A stretch of 64,000 nt of DNA from Vicinamibacteria bacterium (lineage in GTDB: Bacteria; Acidobacteriota; Vicinamibacteria; Marinacidobacterales; Marinacidobacteraceae), in assembly GCA_963668695.2 (NCBI GenBank), contig CAXXLQ010000004.1, positions 2,112,001 through 2,176,000 of the forward strand. Reading direction: 5' to 3'. The notes under the pieces were generated by a model. That model ran no database searches. It saw only the letters and a program-made list of their open reading frames with translations, and was not told the DNA's origin. Shown here one piece after another: positions 11,125 through 20,908 of this stretch; the first letter of the stretch is position 1, and every line of letters starts with the position of its first letter. The position numbers were made by a program, and so were the translations under genes.

Positions 11125-13050
11125 TTACTTAGCCGTGCACTTCGCGAAGCGCCCGATTCTGTCCTGCGCGAGTTGCCGCGTCCCTCATCGCTGCTCCGCA
11201 GCGCGTTGTCCTCTCACCACTCGCGTCCCACGTGCAACTGATCGTCACGCTGCGGGTCGTCGTGCAGCCGTAAAGGCCGTCCGCGAACAGAACATCGAAG
11301 GTCTCGGACCAGGAAGCGTCGCCTGTTCCGTCGGCGTCATCGCCGCCGTCGTCCTCGGTGCAGGCCCGGACATCACCCTGGGTGCTCGCGGCGGTAATGT
11401 TGTCCGCGTTGCCGTCCGGGTTCCCAGGCGTCGTCGTCTCGTCCGCGCCGGTTGCCAGGTTGTCGCGGTCGCTGACCAGATCAACCTTGCCGAAGTCGCC
11501 GCGCATCAGGTCGCCGTCCTTATCGAGCACGGACTGCCAGATCACCGTGACGTTGTCCGTCGGGCCGTCCACTGCGTCCTCGCTCTCGTCGTAGAGGTCG
11601 TTCAGCATTCCCCGGCCGTAGGTGAACGCAGGCGTCCCCTTCTTCGGGAGCTTGCCGTCCAGGTTGTCGTCAAACCACAGGGTCTTGAAGCGGTAGGACG
11701 AAGCGCTGCGCGCACCGGCCCGCCACTCTGTCACGGCGGCTTCGTCGCCGGTACCGGTCACGATGACGCTGGCCCTTGCCGCGATCACCGCGGTCGGTCG
11801 AATCCCCGTCACCGTTGGCATCGCCAACCCAACCCGCCTCAAGGGCCTGGTCCACTTCCATCTCGAACATCGAGCACATATCCGCCTGGTCCATGGCCGC
11901 GAAGGTCATCGCGTCGCAGGTCAGATCCTCAAACGGATCCTCTTCCCACTCGACTTCACCCCAGGTCACGGTGGAGCCCATGGCGCCAAGCTCGACCGAG
12001 TAACCATCGATGTACTTCGGACTTCCAGCTACCCGGAAACACGTATCGGGCTCGTCAATTCCACGGTCTCCCGCAGTTGGACTGGAGTCCGCCATGTAGT
12101 CCGAGCAGACGAGTGCGTTGGCGTCGTCGATCACGATGGCACCCTTGTAGTCGGTGTTGTCGGTGTTGGCGTTACGGTCAGGATCGTCCGCGGGGGCGGC
12201 GTCCGGAGCACCCTTGTCCATCGCCAGGAGCGAGATCGCTGCCCTTTCCGGCGCTCCGACCCGCGACGTTGAAGTTCGTGCCGCCCTCGACACCGGAGAA
12301 CTGGTGTTCGACGGTCATCCCGACGCTGGACGACGTCAGCCAACCCACGTCGACTCCGTCGTCGTCGACGCCGGGTGGGAGCACATCGTTGTCAACCCGC
12401 CCGACCTGCAGGGTGAGGGACGGATCCCAAGCGTTGCAGACCGCCGAGTTGGCGATCGAGATCTCCGGCGCGTCCATGCCCATGGCGCACTCGAAAGGAC
12501 CGCAGGTCACGAAGGCGGCGTCCCCGATCGGGATCGCAACCTGGTTCGCCCCGATTTCAACCGCCTGGACGGCGAAGGTGACGCCGCTGGTGACCACCAT
12601 GCTCTGCATGGCGTTCCAGCTCACGTAGGTGAACGGCGAGTTCGCGCCCGGAATCAGTCCGATCGGGCTGGCGCCCTCCACGAAGGTCGCCGACACGATG
12701 GCCGGCATGTTCACCGAAACCATCATGTCGCTGTTCACCATGGCCATGGCGGTTTCCTCGTCGTCGTCCCCATCCGGGACCAGCGGGGTTTCGCCGTCCG
12801 GAATCATGAACATCACCTCGAAAGGTGTCGCCTCGGGTTCCGGCTCGGGCTCGGGCTCGGGTTCGGGTTCGGGCTCGGGTTCCGGAGTTGGCGCTGGCGG
12901 CGGCGGCGGAGCCGGAGCCGGCGTGGTGGTGGTGTCGTCATCACCGCAGCCCGAGAGCACGAGACCGGCACCCAGGAACATGGCAAGAAGGAGAACCTTT
13001 CCGCCTCCCCCCCACGGGAATGCCACCTGACCAGCACCACGGTTTGCCCC
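11125..13050 (-). pseudogene. Full-length Cys/Asp-rich surface lipoprotein, frameshifted
   Basis: Lipobox LSGC/GDDD, (PE)n linker, continues through ORFs 12178-13026, 11670-12293 and 11129-11842, and ends FAKCTAK-TAA at 11125. Start uncertain. Confidence 0.75.
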
Positions 13051-13176
13051 ATATATTTGGCGGCCTGTGCGAATGCGAACTCCCCGTAGAAACTCCCTTT
13101 TCCCCGAGAGTTATGCCTCGGGTGCAGATCCCCAGGTTGATCGGGAGCAGGCTTCGCGCCGACCCGTCTTGGCAAC

Positions 13177-14436
13177 GTGACAACCACGTCGCGAAAGCGC
13201 GTCGCCAGGGTCAAGCTGACCCTGACCAAGCGAACGGTCGAGGCCCTGCAGCCCGCCGAGAAGCCCTGGATCGCTTGGGACGACAAGCTGACCGGCTTCG
13301 GGGTTCGCGTCCAGCCCTCCGGCACCAAAGCCTTCGTCGTCAACTACCGGGTCGGACCGGGAGGGCGGAGAGCTCCCAACAAACGCGTCGTCATCGGCCG
13401 TTACGGCCTGGTTGCGCCCGATCAGGCGCGGCGCCTCGCGCAGGAAATCCTGGGCCGGGTCGCCGGAGGCGCCGACCCCGCGCAGGAGCGCGCGAACCGC
13501 CGCGGCATGCCGACCCTCGCCGAGGCCTTCGACGATTACCTGGCCGCGAACCCCACGAGGAAGTCCAGCACCGAGACGCTCTACCGCGGCCAGATGCGCT
13601 ACTGCCTCGGCGACTGGCTCTCACGGCCGCTCGACACGATCACCCGCCGGGACGTGGAGGCGCGCTTCCACCGGATCTCCGAACGGCACGGCTGGGCGGT
13701 GGGGAACCACGCGACCTCCCTGCTGCGGTCGGTGTACCGGAGGCCGTGCGTGGATTTCGAGGGCCTTCGCAACCCCGTCGAGCTGTGGCTCGCCGGCGGC
13801 GGGCGCTACAACCGCACGGTGCGCCGGCGCATCGGGCCCCCGGCGGAGCTGCTGCCGCGCTGGCGCGCGGGCATCGAAGCCGAGGTGCTGGTTCCGGCGA
13901 CGCGGGACATCTTCTGGCTGGGGATGTACACCGGCATGCGCCGGGGCGAGATCCTGACCCTGCGCTGGGATCGGGTGAATCTCGCGGGGCGTATCCTGCG
14001 GGTCGAGGAAACCAAGACCGGAGAGCCGCTGGAACTTCCCGTTACGCGTCAGTTGGCGGCCATCTTCGAGCGGCGGCGGGTTGATGCCGCGGGGTCGAGA
14101 TCGCGGCCCCGGGGCTGGGTGTTTCCGTCCGCGAACAGCGCGTCCGGCCACATCGAGGAGCTTCAGCATCTCTATGACCGCATCGGAGCGGCGGCGGGAA
14201 CGAAGTTCTGGTTCCACGGCTTGCGGAACGCCTTCATCACGGTGGCGGAGCGCGACCTGATGCTGCCCCGCTCGCTCACCAAACGGCTCGTCAACCACGC
14301 GAGGCGGCGCGACGTGACGGAAAGTTACGCCGCCGAGTGGACCGTGGAACAGCTTCGCGAACCCGCCCAGCGGGTCGCGGACCGGATCGACGAGCTGATC
14401 CACGCCGCCGACGACGGGTCCGCGGCGCGCGGCTGA
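13177..14436 (+). CDS. Tyrosine integrase with N-terminal arm-DNA-binding domain (DUF4102/Arm-DNA-bind_3 type)
   Basis: LTKRTVEAL..WDDKLTGFGVRV..GTKAFVVNYR; catalytic R (TGMRRGE), K (ETKTG), HxxR (HGLR), H (VNH) and Y (TESY). Confidence 0.93.
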   Translation: MTTTSRKRVARVKLTLTKRTVEALQPAEKPWIAWDDKLTGFGVRVQPSGTKAFVVNYRVGPGGRRAPNKRVVIGRYGLVAPDQARRLAQEILGRVAGGADPAQERANRRGMPTLAEAFDDYLAANPTRKSSTETLYRGQMRYCLGDWLSRPLDTITRRDVEARFHRISERHGWAVGNHATSLLRSVYRRPCVDFEGLRNPVELWLAGGGRYNRTVRRRIGPPAELLPRWRAGIEAEVLVPATRDIFWLGMYTGMRRGEILTLRWDRVNLAGRILRVEETKTGEPLELPVTRQLAAIFERRRVDAAGSRSRPRGWVFPSANSASGHIEELQHLYDRIGAAAGTKFWFHGLRNAFITVAERDLMLPRSLTKRLVNHARRRDVTESYAAEWTVEQLREPAQRVADRIDELIHAADDGSAARG

Positions 14437-14899
14437 GCGTCCTTCGCGGGCGACCGGGCGCCGGAGGACGTTTGCCGCGAAATGGGGGCGCGAGGTTCCT
14501 GGCGGGTCAGGTCGACGCCCGCGAGCGGGACGGCGCGGGGGCGGAGGCGCACTCCCCGGCGAGCGCCGGCCGGGAATTTCGCGGCCGTTTTTCTGTTGCC
14601 ATCGTGTTGACTCGCCGGCTTTGGACGCCGACGTTACAGAAGGGCGTTACACGCGGAATTACAACGCGTTACAGTTGCCGGCACGGCAAGAAAAAGCGGC
14701 ATCCGCCGCGTCGCCGCGCCGTGCGCAGCGACGGCGGCCGGGAGGCCGGCGGTCCCTCCGGTCACTTTCCCTGGCGGCGCGGGCGGCAGGCCGGTTTGGG
14801 GCTGATCGGGCGGGCGCGGTGACCCCGGTCCACCAGCGGGCTAGCGGGGTCGGCTGGAGGGGAACTCCATCTCAAGCGAGATCCAGGACCGGGCCACCT

Positions 14900-15170
14900 G
14901 GCGACAGAACAAACTGGGCCACCCCCGCGGGCGCCAGGTGGAGGCGGGCGATGAGTCGGGGGGTCTGGACTTCCCTGCTGACGCCGGATCGAGGCGTGGG
15001 GAGCGAGGAGATGCGGACACCGGAGGATGTGTTGGAGATGCGGCAGCTCCCTGGACTCGGTTGGGGGGAAATCCGCCGTCCGGTTTGACCGGTGGCCCGC
15101 GGGTTTCGCGGCCGTGTCGGGCTGCGATGCCGGCCTGCGGGCGACGTTCCCGTGCCGGCGTGGCCCGACC
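14900..15170 (+). mobile_element. istA: IS21-family left end plus 5' fragment of istA
   Basis: AACAAACTGGGCCACC end-like motif; GAGGAG-ATG MRTPEDVLEMRQL..LGWG, typical IstA N-terminus, then degraded. Confidence 0.55.
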
Positions 15171-15200
15171 AGGATTCGACCGGCGTCGACCAAGAGGCTA

Positions 15201-15435
15201 ACAGCCTGTGGTGAAACCCACGTGAGCGCCGAGGCCGGGGAGGCCCAGTTCTCCCGGTGGGGCCAGTCCTCCCGGTGGGGGCCCGGCTGACAAGGCGCGT
15301 GAGGGAGGAATACCTGGTGTATTTCGACCGAAACGCAACGATGAGCGGCGCGCAGCGACGCGGTTCAGCCGGGATGGATCGCCGGCCGAGCCCCCACCGG
15401 GAGAACTGGGCCGCGTCGGTTTTGCCACAGGCTGT
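15201..15435. mobile_element. MITE (family A), copy 1
   Basis: Terminal IR ACAGCCTGTGG...CCACAGGCTGT, TA on both sides, no ORF. Confidence 0.85.
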
Positions 15436-15452
15436 TAAAGGCGGTCCCCCAC

Positions 15453-16667
15453 TTGAAGAGCATCCACAGCAAGAGCATCCACCGCATCCGCCTGGACGGC
15501 TTCCTTTCCTTCGCTCCGGGATCCCCGGCCCTGGAACTCGGGCCGCTCAATGTGCTGATCGGGCCGAACGCATCGGGCAAGTCCAATCTCATCGAAGCCT
15601 TCGAGCTTCTCCGGTCCACACCGACCGATTTCGCAGCCGCCATCCGGGATGGGGGTGGGCCGCGCGAATGGATCTGGAAGGGCCAGCCTCGCGTAGGTTC
15701 CGCGACCATGGAAACGGTCCTGGCCAAGGAAAATCCGGCCCGGGATCCGCTGCGCCATCGGTTGGAGTTCTCGACCGTCCAGAACCGCGTCGAAGTGCTC
15801 GACGAGGCCATTGAGGAACTCGAACCCCGTCCCGGGGAAAAGGAACCGTTCTTCTACTACCGGTTCCAGCACGGCAACCCGGTAATCAACATCCGCCAGT
15901 CCGAGGGCGATGATCGGCGGGCCGAACGTCGCCTGCGGCGTGAGGACTTTCGGTCCACTCAGTCGGTGCTGGCCCAAAGGAAGGATCCGGATCTATATCC
16001 GGAGGTGACCTGGGTTGGAAACCAATTCCGCGAGATGCAGCTCTTTCGGGAATGGACGTTCGGGAGGTTTGTGGCACTGAGGACCCCGCAGCCGGCGGAT
16101 CTCCCGGGGGATCGCCTGTTGCCAAATGCAAGCAACCTCGCTCTCGTCCTGAACGAGATCGAGCATCGGGATGGGACTCACTTCAACGCGGCGTTGCGGC
16201 GCTTCTTTCCCCGGTTCAAGCGGATGACAACGCGGGTGGCAGGCGGGACGGTCCAGTTCTACCTGCATGAATCGGATATTGACTCACCGATTCCAGCCAC
16301 CCGGCTCTCCGATGGAACGATCCGGTTCATCGCGATCCTGGCCATTCTGCTCGCGCCCGATCCCCCGTCCTTCGTGTGTATCGAGGAACCGGAACTCGGG
16401 CTCCATCCGGACGCCGTTGCGCAAATGGCCGAGCTTCTGGTTGAGGCGTCGTCGCGCATGCAACTCGTGGTGACGACGCACTCGGAATCTCTTGTCTCGG
16501 CGCTCACCGAATGTCCCGATGCAGTCATCACCTGTGAGCGGCCCGGCCCCGCGACCACGCTACATCGCCTGGATCCGGGCCTGGATCCGGAGCACCTCAA
16601 GGGCTGGCTCAACGACTACAGTCTCGGCGATCTTTGGGGGATGGGCGAACTCGGGGCCAATCCGTGA
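15453..16667 (+). CDS. ABC/SMC-like AAA ATPase (AAA_15/AAA_21 type)
   Basis: NVLIGPNASGKSN Walker A; LSDGT signature; IEEPELGLHP Walker B/D-loop; VTTHS H-loop. Confidence 0.92.
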   Translation: MKSIHSKSIHRIRLDGFLSFAPGSPALELGPLNVLIGPNASGKSNLIEAFELLRSTPTDFAAAIRDGGGPREWIWKGQPRVGSATMETVLAKENPARDPLRHRLEFSTVQNRVEVLDEAIEELEPRPGEKEPFFYYRFQHGNPVINIRQSEGDDRRAERRLRREDFRSTQSVLAQRKDPDLYPEVTWVGNQFREMQLFREWTFGRFVALRTPQPADLPGDRLLPNASNLALVLNEIEHRDGTHFNAALRRFFPRFKRMTTRVAGGTVQFYLHESDIDSPIPATRLSDGTIRFIAILAILLAPDPPSFVCIEEPELGLHPDAVAQMAELLVEASSRMQLVVTTHSESLVSALTECPDAVITCERPGPATTLHRLDPGLDPEHLKGWLNDYSLGDLWGMGELGANP

Positions 16668-17320
16668 GAGGAATCGCGATCTATCTGGAGGGTGGCGGGC
16701 AGCGCCGAGGAACGAGGCGGCGTCTTCGCGTCGGGATGGGCCGTTTCCTTGGGCAACTGAAGGAAAGAGCATGCAGGAAATCCATGTTCTGGAAGATCGT
16801 GGTGTGCGGAGGTCGGGACCGGGCCTTCCGCGATTGGACCAAGCAGCCACTAGATGCCCGATACCCGATTCGCATCCTGCTGGTTGATGCCGAGGGACCC
16901 GTTTCCGGTGGCGTTCGCGCCCATCTGGAGCTACGAGACTCGTGGATGATCCCGAAAGCGGAGGAAGAGAATGTCCATCTCATGGTGCAGACCATGGAAA
17001 CCTGGATCGGGAAACCTGGATCGGGAAACCTGGATCGGGAAACCTGGATCGCGGCTGATCGGCTGGCGCTCGCGGACTACTACGGCGATCGCTTCCTCGC
17101 TTCCGCACTGCCGGTAGCAGAAGACCTGGAAGCGATTCCCAAAGGCAGCATTCAGGCGGTGCTCACGAGGGCCACGAAGGCCACGCAGAAGCGGGCGTAC
17201 CACAAGACCCGTCATGCTCCCGATCTGTTGGAGAGAATTGATCCAGACTTGGTTCGGAGGCGCTGCCGGATGTGCGATCGCCTCTTCGAGGTGGTGGACG
17301 GCCTTATCCGAGCGGCCTGA
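16664..17320 (+). CDS. DUF4276-like (TOPRIM-like) protein coupled to ATPase
   Basis: GTGA overlap; IYLEGGG, CGGR, LLVDAEGPV, MVQTMETW..AD and YHKTRHA motifs. Confidence 0.8.
   Translation: MRGIAIYLEGGGQRRGTRRRLRVGMGRFLGQLKERACRKSMFWKIVVCGGRDRAFRDWTKQPLDARYPIRILLVDAEGPVSGGVRAHLELRDSWMIPKAEEENVHLMVQTMETWIGKPGSGNLDRETWIAADRLALADYYGDRFLASALPVAEDLEAIPKGSIQAVLTRATKATQKRAYHKTRHAPDLLERIDPDLVRRRCRMCDRLFEVVDGLIRAA
16996..17051 (+). repeat. Perfect 14-bp tandem repeat x4 (GGAAACCTGGATCG) in CDS
   Basis: Read directly from the sequence. Confidence 0.95.
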
Positions 17321-17563
17321 CGCGGCCAGGAAGGCCGGCGCCCGGGAGGATCGGGGGGGCGCCTCGAAGACGGGAGAACTGGGCGGCGCCGCGCGGCCCG
17401 GAGCGCTGCGAAACCGCGTGTCGCTGACTGAGCCGAAGCGCGGGGACGGCTTGAAACGCCGACCTCTCGCGGGCAACGACCGCCCAGGGGCGGTCGAAAC
17501 CGCGTACCGCTTCCCCGCCCGCGTGGGGAAGGCTCAGGAACCCGCCGGGGTCTGGACGGAGGT

Positions 17564-17971
17564 TTACGGGACCAAACGAGTCTCGATCAAGGTTTCGACG
17601 CGAGTCATTCTCTCGGAGAGCTCGCCGATCTGCTTGTGCATGTCCGTGCGGAGATCGCCGATCTCGGTCTGCATGTCCGTGCGGAATTCGCCGATCTGTT
17701 TCTGCATGTCCAGGAGTTGACCGCTGATCGCGGTGAACCCGAGCGCGCCGGCCCCGAGCATCGCGGCGAACATGGTGACGAACATCGTGACGAGGAGCCG
17801 CTCGGTGCGGGTGAGAGGTTCCCTTGACAGTGCGCTGCGGGCGGCGAACTCCTCCCTCGGCGCACCCTTCATCAAGACTCCCTTCCCATCACTTGGGGCA
17901 GTATAGGGACGGTCCGATTCCGGCGGCAATCCGGCCCCGGTTTCGGGGTTCTCGGTGGTTCGTTCGTCCAT
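17564..17971 (-). CDS. Small membrane-anchored coiled-coil protein (intact paralog of 3661-4093)
   Basis: MDERTTENP..TM..IGEFRTDMQTEIGDLRTDMHKQ; GGAGG RBS. Confidence 0.8.
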   Translation of the reverse strand: MDERTTENPETGAGLPPESDRPYTAPSDGKGVLMKGAPREEFAARSALSREPLTRTERLLVTMFVTMFAAMLGAGALGFTAISGQLLDMQKQIGEFRTDMQTEIGDLRTDMHKQIGELSERMTRVETLIETRLVP

Positions 17972-18090
17972 ACGGAAGTCCTCCACTACGTATAGACGGA
18001 AACCGGATCTTCCCGTGCCGCGGCTCGGTGTGGAAAAGTCGCCCGTAGTCCGGAGAACGGCGACTCCCGGGTTCAGGGATCACCAAACGG

Positions 18091-18190
18091 ATGCTCGCGA
18101 GCTCGGGCGGTTCCGACCTCTTCGACATCACGCGTGAGGCGGCGCGGGAGCACCTGGGCGTGGAGATCGCGGTGACGGGCGCCCTCCTCC
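18091..18190 (+). pseudogene. Fragment paralogous to 5145-5480
   Basis: LFDITREAAREHLGVEIAVTGAL vs LLDITNEAALEHLGMEVTVMGTL. Confidence 0.6.
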
Positions 18191-18252
18191 GGATGCCGGC
18201 GGCGCCGTCGAGAACGCGACGGGCTCGATCCTCCGGATGCCGGCGGCGGTCC

Positions 18253-19582
18253 TCAGTTCTTCGGCGGCCAGCGGTCCTTCCGGGTCTGATACGCCTGCCG
18301 GCGGCTGTTCGGACGGTCCGGGACTTTGAGTTTGAGCAGGTCCGCCTCCACAAGCGGACGGATATGGCGTGCGACCAGACTGGGCTGGTGCATGGAGACC
18401 CAGCCCGCCAGTTCGGCCGCCGTACTCCACTCCCGCAGGAGACAGATGTCCAGGATGAGGACGCGGAGCACCTCCCGGAGGGGCCGCTGGCTGAGGGCCA
18501 GGACTCGACGGTGCAGCACCTTCGGCAGGTCCGCCAGATCAGGTAGGGGCGGGCTCCGGGGGCGGAGACGGGGGCGCCGCCTTCCGAGACTCCACTGGGC
18601 GCGAGGTGGCGGGATCCGGGTCGGGCGCGGGTTCAGGGGGAAGCGGGTCTGCCGGCGGGTCTGGGGGCGCGGGCTCGGGCTGCGGTTCGGTCGGCGGGTC
18701 TGGGGGCGCGGGCTCAGGGGGAAGCGGTTCTGGCGACGGCTCCGGGGGTGCGGGCCCGGGCTGCGGTTCCGGGGGCGCTGGCTCGGGGGGCGATTCTGGG
18801 GGCGCTGGCTCGGGGGGTAGGGGTGCGGGCAACGGCTCCGGGGGTGCGGGCTCGGGCTGCGGTTCTGGGGGCGCTGGCTCGGGGGGTAGGGGTGCGGGCG
18901 ACGGCCGCGGTGCGGGCGACGGCTCCCGGGGTGCGGGTTCGGTCGGCGGTTCTGGCTGTGGCACTGGTGGTGGTTCCGGTTGTGGCACTGGCTGTGGTTC
19001 CGGCGACGGCAGCGGCCGTCGCGGCGACTCCGACTCCGCCGGCGGGGAAGGACGGGGCGGCGGGGTGTCGTCCGGGGTCTCGGCGGGCTTCGGTGGTTTC
19101 TCGGGGAGGACCGGCGCCGGCGCTTTGGGTTGAAGCAGCTTGCCGACCCCCTCCACGATGGCGAAAACCTTGTCCGCGACGCTGGCAATCGCGGCGATCG
19201 AACGGCCGAGCTGCCGGACGGCGTCAGCGCCTTCCGCGATTTTGGCCTCTGTCTCTCCTGGCTTGTTGGGCGGGTCCCGGAAGGCGGCCGCCGCTACTCG
19301 AGCGCTGGCGCCCAGCTCCACCAACATGCCGCCCAACCACGCCGCCCCCTTCGCCAGGGGTTCGCCTCGGGCCGCGACGCGCCGCAGCAGCTTGGCGGCC
19401 GGTGCGCGCTGCTTCTTGACGAAGTCCCGGGCCTGCGGGAGTCGGGAGAGGATGTGGGGGACCCAGTCCCACGCGCTCCGGAGGAGGGGACGCGGTTTGC
19501 GGATCCAGGCGCGGATGGTCTCGAGCCCCAGCGGCGGCTTTTCCGGTTTCTGAAACAGTCGGAACAGGTCGCGTTCGCTCAT
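18253..19582 (-). CDS. Helical N-domain, long Pro/Glu linker and C-terminal Fic-like winged HTH; one frameshift near 18546-18549
   Basis: C-terminus AELAGWV..HIRPLVEADLLKLKVPDRPNSRRQAY resembles the Fic-like C-terminal wHTH; removing one G from GGGG joins ORFs 18539-19582 and 18253-19188. Confidence 0.65.
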
Positions 19583-19774
19583 CGCCGGAATGGGTAGCGG
19601 CCCGCGTCAGGGTGGTCCGCCAGCGCGCCAAGAGTAAGAAATTCACGTGCGTTTTTGGAGCCGAATTCGGGGTGTTTTGGGCGGAAAATGCCCCCGCGGC
19701 CCAATTTATGCGGACCGTAAATTACAGATAAAACTTACACTTGAAGTATTGGGCGCCGCGGAGGTCGGTTGGCG

Positions 19775-19930
19775 GGGACTCCACGCGGTGGCGGGTGGAA
19801 CTCCACGCTGGAGCCGCTGGACTCCACGCTCTGGCGGGGTCTGTTGGTGGGGACTCCACGCTGGAGCGGGTTCCGCAGACGGGAACTCCACGCTCTGGCG
19901 GGATTTGTAGCCGCGGAACTCCACACTGGA
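19775..19930. repeat. Six phased direct repeats of core ACTCCAC(G/A)C
   Basis: Cores at 19778, 19800, 19821, 19853, 19885 and 19918. Confidence 0.85.
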
Positions 19931-20201
19931 GGAGAGCGCTTTGTCTTCCGACGCGCGCTTCACGGAAGGCAGCTGTACGCGTTTCGCGGTCTTCGGCCGC
20001 GGTGCTGGCCAGAAGGGCCCCACCGGGAGAACTGCCCGGCGCTTCAAGTCCCCGCGCTTCTTCTGGGTTAGCGATGGGAGTTTCGCGGCCTGCGGCCGCG
20101 ATGCTGGCCAGTTCTCCCGGTGCTGGCCAGAAGATCGGCGCTCCATCCCCGCGCTTCTTCGCGGGCGGCGTTCCCGTGCGTTACCCGCCCGGCATGCGGT
20201 A

Positions 20202-20760
20202 ACAGCCTGTGGTGAAACCCACGTGAGCGCCGATGCCGGCCAGTTCTCCCGGTGGGGGCGAGGCCCAGTTCTCCCGGTGGGGCCAGTCCTCCCGGTGGGG
20301 GCCCGGCTGACAAGGCGCGTGAGGGAGGAGCCCCCACCGGGAGAACTGGCCCGGGTGTATTTCGACCGAAGCGCAACGATGAGCGGCGCGCAGCGACGCG
20401 GTGAACAGCCGGTGGTGGAACCCGCGTGAGCGCCGAGGCCGGCGAGGCGCCCGCCTGACAAGGCGCGTGAGGGAGGAATACCTGGGTATTTCGACCGAAA
20501 CTGGGCCGCGTGGGTTTCGCACCGGCGGTTTGGCCGGGATGGATCGCCGCCGAACCCCCACCGGGAGAACTGGGCCGCGTGGGTTTCATCACCGGCTGTT
20601 TGGCCGGGATGGATCGCCGGCCGAGCCCCCACCGGGAGAACTGGGCCGCGTGGGTTTCATCACCGGCTGTTTGGCCGGGATGGATCGCCGGCCGAGCCCC
20701 CACCGGGAGAACTGGGCCGCGTGGGTTTTCGCGGTTGTTTGGCCGGGATGGATCGCCGGC
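20202..20760. mobile_element. Composite/nested MITE-A with internal ~70-bp tandem amplification
   Basis: Left end at 20202, second left end near 20404, units starting at 20501, 20570, 20641 and 20712. Confidence 0.8.
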
Positions 20761-20908
20761 CGAGTGAACCCCGGAACTGGGCGGCGCGTCCGGGCGAGGG
20801 GCGGTACGCGCTTTCGCGGCGCTGTCAGGCCGCGGCGCCGGCCAGTTCTCCCGGTGGGGGCGTGAACCCCGCCGTTCCCGTTCTTCGCGCAGTGCGTTAA
20901 CGTGGGGA

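Noticed and set aside
2780-15170. istB and istA remnants as one composite transposon
   Set aside because: Order and orientation do not enclose the segment, and no matching TSD was seen.
17508-17535. TTCCCCGCCCGCGTGGGGAAGG resembling a type I-E CRISPR repeat
   Set aside because: Single isolated hairpin, no array.
20501-20760. CRISPR-like periodic array
   Set aside because: The intervening sequences are near-identical MITE fragments, not unique spacers, and there are no cas genes.
19706-20865. ORFs with repeated PHRENW, SSPGGG or QFSRWG peptides
   Set aside because: Translations of the 18-bp unit and MITE DNA, not proteins.
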